DNA of 64,000 bases from an uncultured delta proteobacterium. GTDB taxonomy: Bacteria > Myxococcota_A > Polyangia > Polyangiales > Polyangiaceae. The notes under the pieces are model-generated. The model was given only the letters and a program-made list of their open reading frames with translations, was not told the DNA's origin and did no database searches. Positions within the stretch are counted from its first letter, which is position 1. Each line of letters starts with the position of its first letter. Positions 47,674 to 57,616 of this stretch are shown here, piece after piece. A program made the position numbers and the translations under genes. The DNA lies in NCBI GenBank assembly GCA_963782055.1, contig CAWAIF010000003.1:576001-640000 (forward strand), in the 5' to 3' direction.

Positions 47674-49830
47674 TCAGAAGGAATCGCGGATGGGCGAGAC
47701 GCGGTCGCGGGCGACGAGGAAGGTGGCGTCTATGCCGTCCACGCGGGCGAAGACCATCGGCAGGTTGTGCCGGACGGTGTCGCGCCCGAACACCAGGTGC
47801 GTCGTGCGCGCGCCGCCGTCGGCGGTGACGGTGGCGCGCAGCTGGAGCGACGGCGTCGCGAAGCCCTCGTCGGCGGCGGGGGCGCCAAGGTGGGCCACCT
47901 CGTCGGCGCGGAGGGTGTCCACGGCGTGGAGGAGGGCGTCGGGGCCCGCGGGGAGGCCTGCGTCCGGCCCGGTCCACTGGCCGGCGACCTGCGTGAGGAC
48001 CACCGCCGCTCCCGGGCGCTCCACCTCGATGCGATCGGCGCGCGCGGTGTCGATGGTGACCGGGCTGCGGTCGACCAGGATCGTCTGGAGCAGGTCGCGC
48101 ATGGTGCGCGGGAGGAGGAAGACCGGCGTCAGCGTCTTGGGTCGCCCGGGCTGCGCGTCCTCCGCCTGCGCGTAGACGCCGCCCTCGCCCTCGCGGCCGA
48201 GGCGCACGGTGACGGTGCGCGTGCCGCCCTCGAAGCCCAAAGTCAGCGTCACCGAGCACGGCGAGGTCGCGAAGCCGAAGGAGCCGTCGTCGTGGTCGGC
48301 GACCCAGGCGTCCGCCTGGAGCTTGGCGAGCTGGTCGACCATGTCGAGCGTCTTCGGCGGGTCCGCCGCGAAGCCGTGCGGCGCGCGCAGCGTCCACTGC
48401 GAGCCCGCGGCTTCCAGGTCCTGCGCCACGCCGCAGCGCAGCGAGAGCGTCTTCGCGTCGCGGGCGTCCAGCGATGGCAGGAAGACCGCGCGCCCCTTCA
48501 GCGCCACCAGCGAGGGCGTCAGCTTGCGCGCGACCTCCGGGCTCACCGAGAGGGTGGCGCCGTCGGCGTCGCGGTGCACGCGCGGGTGCGCGGCGTCTCC
48601 GCCGAGCTCCACCACCTCGCGGGCGTGCGTCTCGGCCCGCACCAGCGTCACGCGCGCGCGCGCGGCGAGCGGCGCCGCGTCCTCCTTCGCGTCGGTCCCC
48701 TCCGAGCGGACGACGGCGCCCACGAGGGCGTTGGCCATGTCGACCTCGTCCCCCTCCAGATCGCGGTCGGCGGGGGAGCGCTCGTGCCAGCCGGACCCCT
48801 TGCGCGCCAGCTCCACGCGGGTGCCGGAGGGCAGCGTCTCCAGGGTGATCTCCTCCACCTCGTCCTCGTGGGCGACGAAGAGGCGCGGGTCGACGAGCTC
48901 CGCCGCGGTGGTGCCCAGCCCGGCCAGCACGCCCTTGGGCACACACGCGGAGACGCGTGTCGGCTCGGTGCGCACGAAGGCGACGTCGTCGGGGTGGCCG
49001 GGGCACGCGTCGCCGACGACCATCACGCCCTTCGGCTTGGACGCGTCCTTCGGCGTCATGGTGATGGTGAACGCCGGCGCGGCCGTGAGGCGATCGGCGT
49101 CGGCGTCGGGGAGGAAGCTCTCCGCGCGCATGTCGGCGAAGGCCTGCCACACGCGGTCGATGACCTGCCGCGAGGCGCGCAGCTTCGACCCGGCGAGGCG
49201 GAAGGAGACGTCATCCATGCGGTCGACGTGGAAGCCGGACGTCTTGCCGCGCACCTCCAGGCTCGTCAGGTCCAGCGAGAGGTAGGGGACCACCGTGCGG
49301 CTGCGGTAGGCGTCGGCGCCGAGCAGGAGCTGATCGGTGAGCTCCTTGGAGACGACGTAGGCGCCCTCGCCCTCCACGCTCAGGTACGACGCGCCCGCCG
49401 GCGAGGGGGCGGCGGAGCCGAGCGCGAGGTGGAAGACGAGCTTGCCCATCGTCACGGTGATCCGCGCGCGCGGGGTGTCGGTGCCCGGGGCCTTCCCCTC
49501 CAGCTTGCGCACGTACGAGGCGAACTCCAGCGCGCCCACGAGGTGGTCGACGGCGTCGGGGTCGGCGGCCTGCGGCACTGGCTTCTCGATGCGCCACGGC
49601 GCGTCGCCGCTGTCGGCCGCCACGTCTCGCGCGAGCACCAGCGTCTCGCTGCCGCTGACGATCTCGATGCGAGAGAGCGCGTCGCGGCGGAAGGCAGGCA
49701 GGATGTCCCTGGCGCGCGCCTCGCGCTCGGTGTCGGTCACCTTGTCGCGGTCGACGAGCCACACGTACGCCGACAGGCCCACCGCGAGCGCGATCAGCAC
49801 GATGGACGTGGCGTGCTTGCGCCACTTCAC
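47674..49830 (-). CDS. DUF4340-domain protein (multiple repeats) with N-terminal membrane anchor
   Basis: GTG overlaps the upstream stop; TM then repeated W....P...AD and G...P units; follows the GldG-like gene. Confidence 0.78.
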   Translation of the reverse strand: MKWRKHATSIVLIALAVGLSAYVWLVDRDKVTDTEREARARDILPAFRRDALSRIEIVSGSETLVLARDVAADSGDAPWRIEKPVPQAADPDAVDHLVGALEFASYVRKLEGKAPGTDTPRARITVTMGKLVFHLALGSAAPSPAGASYLSVEGEGAYVVSKELTDQLLLGADAYRSRTVVPYLSLDLTSLEVRGKTSGFHVDRMDDVSFRLAGSKLRASRQVIDRVWQAFADMRAESFLPDADADRLTAAPAFTITMTPKDASKPKGVMVVGDACPGHPDDVAFVRTEPTRVSACVPKGVLAGLGTTAAELVDPRLFVAHEDEVEEITLETLPSGTRVELARKGSGWHERSPADRDLEGDEVDMANALVGAVVRSEGTDAKEDAAPLAARARVTLVRAETHAREVVELGGDAAHPRVHRDADGATLSVSPEVARKLTPSLVALKGRAVFLPSLDARDAKTLSLRCGVAQDLEAAGSQWTLRAPHGFAADPPKTLDMVDQLAKLQADAWVADHDDGSFGFATSPCSVTLTLGFEGGTRTVTVRLGREGEGGVYAQAEDAQPGRPKTLTPVFLLPRTMRDLLQTILVDRSPVTIDTARADRIEVERPGAAVVLTQVAGQWTGPDAGLPAGPDALLHAVDTLRADEVAHLGAPAADEGFATPSLQLRATVTADGGARTTHLVFGRDTVRHNLPMVFARVDGIDATFLVARDRVSPIRDSF

Positions 49831-51528
49831 GGCGTGTCCTCGTCCTCGTCGTCGTCCGGCGCGTCCTCGCGCTCGTCCTCGCCGTCGCCGTCCTCCTGCT
49901 CCTCGTCGGGCGCCTCCTTCGCCTTGCGCTTCTTCGGCGGGCGGCGGTCGCCCGCCTTCCCGGGCGCGTTGCGCGGCTTTCCCTCGGTGCTCCGGCGGCG
50001 GAGGCCCACGCCGAGGGCGATGGCGAAGGCGGCGAGCGGCATGTAGAGCAGCACGTAGCGCTGGACCTGGCCCTCCACCGCCGCGTTCATCTTCAGGCCC
50101 GCGCCGACGGTGGGCTTGTCCGGGATGTCCAGCACCTCCGGCTTGGCCGCCAGCCAGGCGACGGCGTTCTCCACCAGGAAGGCGGTGCCGCGCCACGGGA
50201 GGGGCGCGCGCCAGTTGGCCATGGCGAGCGCGCTGGACGAGCCGAACACCACCACTCGCGGGCCGTGCGCCGCGTCCCTGGAGACCTTCGGGCGCTCGCT
50301 CGCCATGGCGAGAACGAAGGGGCCGGCCTCGTCGCCGCGCGCCTTCTCCGGCACCTCCGACGGGGGCGTGCGGGCGATGGCGCCGGCGCGGTCCACCCCC
50401 ACGGCGAAGGACTTGTCGCTGGAGACGAGCAGGTCGCTCGCGGTGGTGCCCGACGGGTCGACCACGTGGTGCAGCGGGCGGGAGGTGTCCACCACCACCC
50501 GCGGCGGATCGCGCAGCTCGTCGGTGGGCACCAGGCCGGTGGTCACCGGGTGCGTCCTCGCCGTGGCGATGAAGGTGTTGGCGCGGGAGTCGGGGATGAG
50601 GAGCTTGGGGTCGGGCTCGAGCACCAGGCGGTCCCCCAGGCCGATCCCGAAGGGCGCGAGGACCTTGCCGAGCGGTCCCGCGGCGTCGTCGCTCTCCGCC
50701 CCCAGCGTCAGCAGCATGTTGCCGCCGCTCATCAGGTAGGTGCGAAGGCGGGTCGCCTCGGCGTCGGTGAGCGGGCCGAGGGAGCGCGCGCCGCGCACCG
50801 AAGGCGCCGCCACGATGACCACGTCGCAGCCCTTGAAGGGCTCGAAGGCGTTGGGCGGCGTGGAGTCGACCGCCTCGGTGTCGTAGTTGTCCTTCTCCAG
50901 CACGTCGCGCAAGAGGCCCAGGCCCTCGTCGCTCCCGTCCTCGATGGACCGCTCGCCGTGGCCGGTCAGAAAGCAGAGCTTGGTGCGCTCGCCCGCCACC
51001 ACCCGCCGGATCGCCCCGGTGATGGCCTGCTCCTCACGCGGGCGCGCCTTGGTGTCGTCCCCCGGCGTGACCTCCACCATGTCCGCCGGCGTGAGGAACC
51101 AGTGGCGGTCCCCCCGCGCCACGATGACGATGGCGTCCGCCACCATCCGCCCGTCCTGCGCCGGCGAGGTCTCCACCTTGAAGCGCTTTCGCAGGTCCTG
51201 GAGGGCGAGCACGTCCTTGTCGGGGTCGACCCAGTGCACGTCCAGCTTCTGCGTCTCGCCCTCGTAGCTGGAGAGCAGGTGGCGCAGGCTCTGCTCCATC
51301 GGGTCGCCGCCGCCCAGGATGACCCAGAGCTGCACCTTGTCGGGCAGGGAGTGGAGCGTCTCCAGCGTCGGCCCGGAGAGGGTGTAGAGCTTGCCGCTCG
51401 TCCAGTCCCAGCGCTTGTAGTGGCGGGCGAGCAGCACGTTGAGCAGCACGCACACCGCCACCGCCGCCGCGATCCCCTCCCAGCGAGAGAGCGCGCGCGG
51501 TGTCGAGGACCCGCTTCCTGAGCGCCAT
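49827..51528 (-). CDS. GldG-like ABC auxiliary protein; 5' end probably frameshifted near 51485-51499
   Basis: RWDWT...YTLS, VDP, FLTGHGE, L..GG, RVVVFG, N.V.WL; the ATG at 51528 is out of frame with ORF 49827..51461. Confidence 0.82.
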
Positions 51529-52277
51529 CAGCTCCACCTCCACGCGTCGACGACGCGCACCGTGAGGAAGAGCGGGAGCACGACGAGCGTGGCGCCCCAC
51601 GCCAGGCGCCGGGAGTCCACGACGCCGCTGGCGAAGTCGTTCATCTGCGCCCAGACCGAGACGTGGGCGCACACGGCGTGGAGGGTGGAGCCCTCCCGGG
51701 TGACGAACTCGCCGACGCCCAGGATGAAGAGGGACAGGATGACGAGCGCGGTGAGCACCAGGGCGAGGAACTGGCTGCGGGTGAGGGCGCTCATCAGCAG
51801 GCCGAGGGCGAGGTAGCCCGCGCCGACGAGCAGCACGCCGAGGTAGCTGGCCCCGACGACGTGCCAGTCCACCGTGCCGGAGCGCTGCAGGATGACGATG
51901 TACAGCACCGTGGGCGCCCACATGGCGACGTAGGTCGTCAGCGCGGCGAGGTACTTGGCCATCACCACCGCCGTCGCGCTGACCGGCGCGGTCATCAGCG
52001 CCTCGATCGTGCCGCTGCGCCGCTCCTCGGCGAAGAGGCGCATGGTCATCGGCGGGACCAGCAGGAAGAGCACCAGGTAGAGCAGCACCGTGTTGCCGAA
52101 GAAGGCCGCGACCGGCGTCTGATCGCTGTCCACCGCCGCGACGTTCGCGAAGTGGTCGACGAGCAGGTAGAAATGCATGCCCTGCACGAGCAAAAAGACG
52201 CAGATGAGCACCCACGCCAGCGGCGTCACGAAGAAGGCGAAGAGCTCGCGCTTGTAGATGGGCCAGAAGCTACGCAT
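51528..52277 (-). CDS. GldF-like ABC-2 permease
   Basis: KREL..FF.TPLA, TMRLFAEERRSGT.E.L.T.P, KYLA, SALTRSQ. Confidence 0.92.
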   Translation of the reverse strand: MRSFWPIYKRELFAFFVTPLAWVLICVFLLVQGMHFYLLVDHFANVAAVDSDQTPVAAFFGNTVLLYLVLFLLVPPMTMRLFAEERRSGTIEALMTAPVSATAVVMAKYLAALTTYVAMWAPTVLYIVILQRSGTVDWHVVGASYLGVLLVGAGYLALGLLMSALTRSQFLALVLTALVILSLFILGVGEFVTREGSTLHAVCAHVSVWAQMNDFASGVVDSRRLAWGATLVVLPLFLTVRVVDAWRWS

Positions 52278-53280
52278 CGGCGTCCTCTTCCGGCCGCGCT
52301 GCCTCGCCCTCGCCCCCGTCGCCGCCCGGCTTGGTCGCCTCCGTCAGCTCGGCGAAGACCTCCTCCAAGGTGCTCTGCGCGGGCGCGACGGCGCGCACAC
52401 CCACGCCCGCGGCGACGAGCGCCGCGACGACCCGCTCGGTCGCCTCGGCCGCGGACTTCGCCGTCTTCTTCTTCGACCAGGCGCACACCGCGCGCACGGT
52501 GCCGTCCGCGCCGCCCGCCTCCACGCGCACCCGCGCCACGCCGTCCATCCCGCCGAGCGTCTTCTTCACCTGCGCCGCGTCCCCCCGCAGGGTGAGCTCG
52601 AGCGCCGGCGAGCGCCGCATCCTGCGGATCTCCTCGGTGGTGCCTTCCGCCACGAGCTTGCCCCTGGTGATCACGATGACGCGCGAGCAGCTCGCCTCCA
52701 CCTCGCTCAGGATGTGCGTGGAGAGCAGCACGGTGTGCTCGGCGCCGAGCGCGCGGATGACCTCGCGCACCTCGCGGATCTGGTTGGGGTCGAGGCCGGC
52801 GGTGGGCTCGTCCAGGATGAGCAGCGGCGGGTCGGCGACCAGCGCGTCGGCCAGCCCCACGCGCTGCCGGTAGCCCTTGGAGAGCTTGCCCACGAGGGTG
52901 TTGGCGCGGTCGGTGACAGCGGCCTTCTCCATCGCCGCGTCCACGCGGCCGCGGCGCTCCGCGCGCGGGACGCGCTTCAGCTCGGCGCGGAAGGTGAGGT
53001 ACTCGGCGACGCGCATCTCGGGGTAGATGGGCACCGCCTCCGGCATGTAGCCGATGCTCTTGCGCGCCTCGAAGGAGTCCTCGCTCATGTCGTGGCCGCA
53101 CACCTCGACCTTGCCGCCGGTGCGCCCGAGGAAGCCCGCGAGGATGCGCAGCGTGGTCGACTTGCCCGCGCCGTTCGGACCGAGGAAGCCCACGACGTCG
53201 CCCTTGCCCACCTCGAAGGAGAGATCGTCGACCGCGAGGACCGGGCCGTAGCGCTTGACGAGGTGCGAGACCGAGATCAT
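52270..53280 (-). CDS. GldA-like ABC transporter ATP-binding protein
   Basis: GPNGAGKST, LSKGYRQR, ILDEPT, STHIL; ATG at 53280. Confidence 0.95.
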   Translation of the reverse strand: MISVSHLVKRYGPVLAVDDLSFEVGKGDVVGFLGPNGAGKSTTLRILAGFLGRTGGKVEVCGHDMSEDSFEARKSIGYMPEAVPIYPEMRVAEYLTFRAELKRVPRAERRGRVDAAMEKAAVTDRANTLVGKLSKGYRQRVGLADALVADPPLLILDEPTAGLDPNQIREVREVIRALGAEHTVLLSTHILSEVEASCSRVIVITRGKLVAEGTTEEIRRMRRSPALELTLRGDAAQVKKTLGGMDGVARVRVEAGGADGTVRAVCAWSKKKTAKSAAEATERVVAALVAAGVGVRAVAPAQSTLEEVFAELTEATKPGGDGGEGEAARPEEDADA

Positions 53281-53394
53281 GGCGGCGCCCGCTGCGATTA
53301 GCACGCCCCGGCGGCACGCGGCACCCTCTCTCTGGGCGGCCGCGGCCGCGCCGCGCGTTGGAACCGGGCGCGCGTCCGCGCTACAACGGCGCGC

Positions 53395-54402
53395 GTGCGT
53401 CTCCGGACCGCCGCGGTCGCGGCCCTCGTGATCCTTGCAGAGTGCACGCCTTCTGGCGAGCGGGAGGCGTCGGGCACGCCTGCCCCACCGCCGGGCGCCT
53501 CCGCGCAGGTGGCCGTCCGGCCGGCGGCTTCCGGCTCTGCCACCGCGCTCCCGTCCGCGTCCGCGCCCGCGGCGCCGGCCGTCTCCGCAGGCCCCGACGC
53601 GTCGGCTCCCGAGGCCGCGCCGCCGGGCATGCTCCTTGTGCCCGCGGGCAGCTTCACCATGGGCGCCGACACCGGCGGCGAGCAGGACGAGCACCCCGCG
53701 CACCGGGTCACCCTCCCGGCGTTCTGGCTGGACCGCACCGAGGTGACCAACGCCGCCTACGACGCGTGCGTGCGCGCGAAGGCCTGCCGCGTCAACGACC
53801 GGCACGTGGCGAGCCGCCGCCACGCCGGACCGGACGCGCGCTTCCTGAGCCCGAACAAGCCGGTCGTCGGGGTGAGCTGGGACGACGCGACCGCGTACTG
53901 CGCATGGCGGGGCGCCCGCCTGCCGCGGGAGGCGGAGTTCGAGCGCGCCGAGCGCGGGGACGACGACCGCACCTACCCGTGGGGCAACGAGCCGCCCACC
54001 CCGGACCGCGCGGTCTACGGCCGCCCGCTCGGCGTCGGCAGCACCGACGACGTGGGCACGCACCCCGCGGGTCGCGGCCCGTACGGTCACGAGGATCTCG
54101 CCGGCAACGTCTGGGAGTGGCAGCAGGACGAGTACGATCCCGTCGCCTACCGTCGCAAGACGGCGAGCGAGGGCAAGCCGGGCACCTGCCCGGAGATCCT
54201 CGCCACGCTGGCGAAGCTCCGCGCCGAGGGCAAGCAGGGCTTCACTGGCTCCAACCCCCTCCCCACCACCTGCGAGCACGTGCTGCGGGGCGGCGCGTTC
54301 AACTACTTCCCGCGCGGGCTGCGGGCGAGCAACCGCGTGCACCACCCCGGTCGGTACCGCCTGGTGATGTCCGGCTTCCGCTGCGCCAAGGACGCGCGCT
54401 GA
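53395..54402 (+). CDS. Formylglycine-generating enzyme (FGE-sulfatase/SUMF1) domain protein
   Basis: G.F.MG, E.PAH.V, TEVTN, RLP.EAEFE.A, YPWG, GNVWEW, RGG, GFRC. Confidence 0.92.
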   Translation: MRLRTAAVAALVILAECTPSGEREASGTPAPPPGASAQVAVRPAASGSATALPSASAPAAPAVSAGPDASAPEAAPPGMLLVPAGSFTMGADTGGEQDEHPAHRVTLPAFWLDRTEVTNAAYDACVRAKACRVNDRHVASRRHAGPDARFLSPNKPVVGVSWDDATAYCAWRGARLPREAEFERAERGDDDRTYPWGNEPPTPDRAVYGRPLGVGSTDDVGTHPAGRGPYGHEDLAGNVWEWQQDEYDPVAYRRKTASEGKPGTCPEILATLAKLRAEGKQGFTGSNPLPTTCEHVLRGGAFNYFPRGLRASNRVHHPGRYRLVMSGFRCAKDAR

Positions 54403-54412
54403 TGGCGGGCGC

Positions 54413-54880
54413 TCAGCCGCGCACGCGCCAGTTGCCGACGAAGGACTTCCCCACGTCGTCGCACGTCGGGTCGGTCGTCGTCAGCTCCGGGCGCATCCCG
54501 CGGCTGACGATGATGGTGTTCTGCCGGAAGACACGCCCGAAGGCGATGGCCTCGTCCCGCTCGATGCCGTGAACCAGCCACGACGGCTCGCGCCAGGTGC
54601 CCTCCGGCTCCTCCTCGTAGCCGACGCACGACTCCACGCGGTAACAGCCGAGGATGAGCAGATCGCGCAGGACGTTGTGGCGCGCGTCGTTGACCTTGCG
54701 CGGCAGGAGCATCGACCGCGGGTTGTATGCGGTGAGGATGCAGAAGGGCGTGCGCAGCAGCTCGGGCAGGGTGGACGGGTCGCTGACGATGTCGCCGTCG
54801 AGGGAGACGCGGAGCGGGCCGTTGGGAGTCGGCAGCTCGTAGACGGTCGAGAGGTACTGGCGGAGAAGCGAGGGGTCCAT
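54413..54880 (-). CDS. DUF3293-like protein
   Basis: Y..T.Y, ILTAYNPRS, W.EPS, F.QN; ATG at 54880. Confidence 0.78.
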   Translation of the reverse strand: MDPSLLRQYLSTVYELPTPNGPLRVSLDGDIVSDPSTLPELLRTPFCILTAYNPRSMLLPRKVNDARHNVLRDLLILGCYRVESCVGYEEEPEGTWREPSWLVHGIERDEAIAFGRVFRQNTIIVSRGMRPELTTTDPTCDDVGKSFVGNWRVRG

Positions 54881-54954
54881 CGGGTCCTTGTTCCTAATCG
54901 AGCACGGAGCGTTCCGGAAGGACTGGGCCGCCCGACCGCGTCCCGCCCTGGAGA

Positions 54955-55668
54955 CTAGCCATCGAAGCGATAACCTACACCCCGCACGGTGTGGAAGTGG
55001 TGCGGGGCCTGCGGGTCGACCTCCAGCTTGGCGCGCAGCTGCTGGATGAAGTTGTCGATGGTGCGTGGGGTGCCGTGGTGGCCCGGGCCCCAGACCTTGC
55101 GGAAGATGGCGTCGCGGCTGAGCGCGTGGCCCTTCGCGTCGAGCAGGCACATCAGGACGTCGAACTCGGTGGCGGTCATGTCGACCGGCTGGCCGCCGCG
55201 CCGCACGTCGCGCGCCTGGACGTCCACCACCACCTCGCCGAAGCGAATCGCGCGCGAGGCGACGGGACCGCGGCGAAGGGCGGCGCGCACCCGCGCCAGG
55301 AGCTCGGCCAGGCTGAACGGCTTGGCCACGTAGTCCTCGGCGCCGAGCTCCAGGCCGGTCACCTTGTCCATCTCCCCGGTGCGCGCCGAGAGCACGATGA
55401 TCGGCATGCCGTAGCCCTCGGCGCGGAGGGTCTGCAGGACCTCGAAGCCGTTCTTGTTGGGGAGCATCAGGTCCAGGATGACCAGGTCCGGCCCGGCCGT
55501 CCGGGCGGTCTCCAGCCCGCGCTCGCCGTCTCCCTCCACGAGGACGCGGTAGCCTTCCTTCTCCAGGTTGATGCGCAGGCCGAGCGAGATGCTCGCGTCG
55601 TCCTCGACGACGAGCACCATCCGCCCCGAGGTCTGGCTGCCTCGCGCTCTGGGGGCCGTCGGTTGCAT
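54955..55668 (-). CDS. OmpR-family response regulator
   Basis: VVEDD, LDLMLP, GAEDY..KPF, winged-helix TVRGVGY. Confidence 0.95.
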   Translation of the reverse strand: MQPTAPRARGSQTSGRMVLVVEDDASISLGLRINLEKEGYRVLVEGDGERGLETARTAGPDLVILDLMLPNKNGFEVLQTLRAEGYGMPIIVLSARTGEMDKVTGLELGAEDYVAKPFSLAELLARVRAALRRGPVASRAIRFGEVVVDVQARDVRRGGQPVDMTATEFDVLMCLLDAKGHALSRDAIFRKVWGPGHHGTPRTIDNFIQQLRAKLEVDPQAPHHFHTVRGVGYRFDG

Positions 55669-55720
55669 GCCCTGCGAAATTCCTTACCGCGCTTTGTGGG
55701 TGGATAGGGCCGAAACCGTC

Positions 55721-56701
55721 TCAGGGTCGCTGCGGGCTCGCGTCCGGCCCCGCCGTCTCGACCGGCGCGGCGGCCCGCTCCGGCTCGGTCGCGGCCCCCA
55801 GGACGATCTGGAAGGTCGCCCCCTCGCCGCGCGCGCTCGTCACCACCACCCGCCCGCGGTGCGCGCGCACGATGTGTTTCACGATGGCGAGGCCGAGGCC
55901 GCTCCCCTCGCGCGTGCGGGAGAGGCGGTCGTCGATGCGGTAGAACTTGTCGAAGATGCGCCGCTGCTCGGGCGCCGCGATGCCCTCGCCGTTGTCCTGC
56001 ACCTCGAAGGCGACGCGCCCCTTGGTGGCCTGCACCGCGCGGAGGCGGACGACGGGCGGCGTGCCGCCGTACTTGCGGGCGTTGGAGAGCAGGTTGACCA
56101 GAGCGTCGACGATGGCGTCGCGGTCCGCCCTGACCGGCGGCAGCCCCGGCTCCACGCTGCTCTCGAAGTCGATCTTGCCGTCGGTCCGCAGCGGCGAGAA
56201 GGCGTCGATCGCCCCCTGCACGATGTCGTCCGCGGGCACGGCGCGCATGTCGAAGAGCTTGCGGCCCGCCTCCATGCGCCCCCAGTCCAGCAGCCGCTCG
56301 ATGCGGCGGGAGAGCTTGTCGGTCTCCACCGCGAGGCTCTCGATGCACTGCTCACGCGTCGCCTCGTCGTCCCTCGAGCGCTCCAGGGTCTCGGCGAAGA
56401 GACGGATGGCGGTGAGCGGCGTGCGCAGCTCGTGACTGACCTTGGAGACGAAGTCGGCCTGCAGCGCGCTCAGGTTGGCCTCGCGGCGCAGGAAGACGAG
56501 CACCAGCACCACGCCCGTCACCACCACCCCGACGATGGTCACCGTGAGGATGCCCATCAGGAGGTCGATGCCCGCCTCGCCGATGAACATCAGGACGATG
56601 CCCAGCGAGAGCAGCAGCGCCGTGGGCACGATCACCAGGTACACCAGGAGCTGGACGATCCGGCGGTACCCCAGGCGCTGGCGGTTCTTGGTGGCTGCCA
56701 C
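55721..56701 (-). CDS. Sensor histidine kinase (2 TMs with almost no periplasmic loop)
   Basis: SHELRTPL, NLLSNA, D.GEGI, F..FYR, GSGLGL. Confidence 0.95.
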   Translation of the reverse strand: MAATKNRQRLGYRRIVQLLVYLVIVPTALLLSLGIVLMFIGEAGIDLLMGILTVTIVGVVVTGVVLVLVFLRREANLSALQADFVSKVSHELRTPLTAIRLFAETLERSRDDEATREQCIESLAVETDKLSRRIERLLDWGRMEAGRKLFDMRAVPADDIVQGAIDAFSPLRTDGKIDFESSVEPGLPPVRADRDAIVDALVNLLSNARKYGGTPPVVRLRAVQATKGRVAFEVQDNGEGIAAPEQRRIFDKFYRIDDRLSRTREGSGLGLAIVKHIVRAHRGRVVVTSARGEGATFQIVLGAATEPERAAAPVETAGPDASPQRP

Positions 56702-56737
56702 GACGACTCCAAAGGTAGGACGCCGCGCGCGAAACGG

Positions 56738-57616
56738 CTATGCCGGCGCCGTGGGGGGCTCGTCCAGCGCGGCCAGCATGGCTCTCCGGGGGGCGGTAGA
56801 GGCGAGCCAGAGCTCGAAGGCCAGGGCGCCCTGCCGCGCCAGCACGCCCAGCCCGCCCTCTGCGCGCAGGCCGTGCCGGCGGGCCGCGCGCAGGAAGGGC
56901 GTCTCGCGCGGCGCGTAGACGAGCTCCAGCGCCGCCGCGTCGCGCGGCATCGCGGGCCAGGCGACCGCGCCGGCCACCCCCTCGCCCGCGTCCGCCCCGG
57001 CCATCCCGGCGCTCGTCGCTTGCACCACGCACGCCGCGCGCGCCTCGACCTCTGCGTCCGCGGAGAGAGGGGTCGCGACCACCATGGCGGGGGTGCCCTC
57101 CGCCTCCAGCGCGCGCTCCAGCTCCAGGCACGCCCCTGCCGCGTCCGTGCGCGCGCGCACGACGACCCGCGCGACGCCGAGGAGCTGGGCGCAGGCGACC
57201 ACCGCGGCCCGCGCCGCCCCGCCGGCGCCGAGCACCACCGCCGTGTCCCGCGTGCCGTCGACGCCGGCCCCCAGCGCGCGCAGCTCCTCGGCGATGGCGG
57301 GCACGTCGGTGTCGTAGGCCACGATCCGCCCCGCCCCGTCGCGCACCAGCGTGTTGCACGCCCCGACGACGCGCGCGCTCGGGTCCATGGCGTCCACGTA
57401 CTGCAGGACGGCGACCTTGTGCGGGGCGGTCACGTTGACACCGTCCAGCTCCCCGGCCCGGAGGCGCGCGACGACCGCCGCGAGCTCCGCCGCGGTGGCG
57501 CGGATCGCCTCGTAGGTGTGCGGCAGGCCGAGCGCGCGGTACGCCGCCGCGTGCATCGCCGGGCTGCGGGAGTGGCCGACCGGATCGCCCACGACGGCGA
57601 AGCGCCGCGCCTTCAC
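56738..57616 (-). CDS. aroE: Shikimate dehydrogenase
   Basis: GDPVGHSRSP, NVTAPHK, GAGGAA, VY.P..T, QG..AF.LW; GTG overlaps the xseA stop. Confidence 0.92.
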   Translation of the reverse strand: MKARRFAVVGDPVGHSRSPAMHAAAYRALGLPHTYEAIRATAAELAAVVARLRAGELDGVNVTAPHKVAVLQYVDAMDPSARVVGACNTLVRDGAGRIVAYDTDVPAIAEELRALGAGVDGTRDTAVVLGAGGAARAAVVACAQLLGVARVVVRARTDAAGACLELERALEAEGTPAMVVATPLSADAEVEARAACVVQATSAGMAGADAGEGVAGAVAWPAMPRDAAALELVYAPRETPFLRAARRHGLRAEGGLGVLARQGALAFELWLASTAPRRAMLAALDEPPTAPA

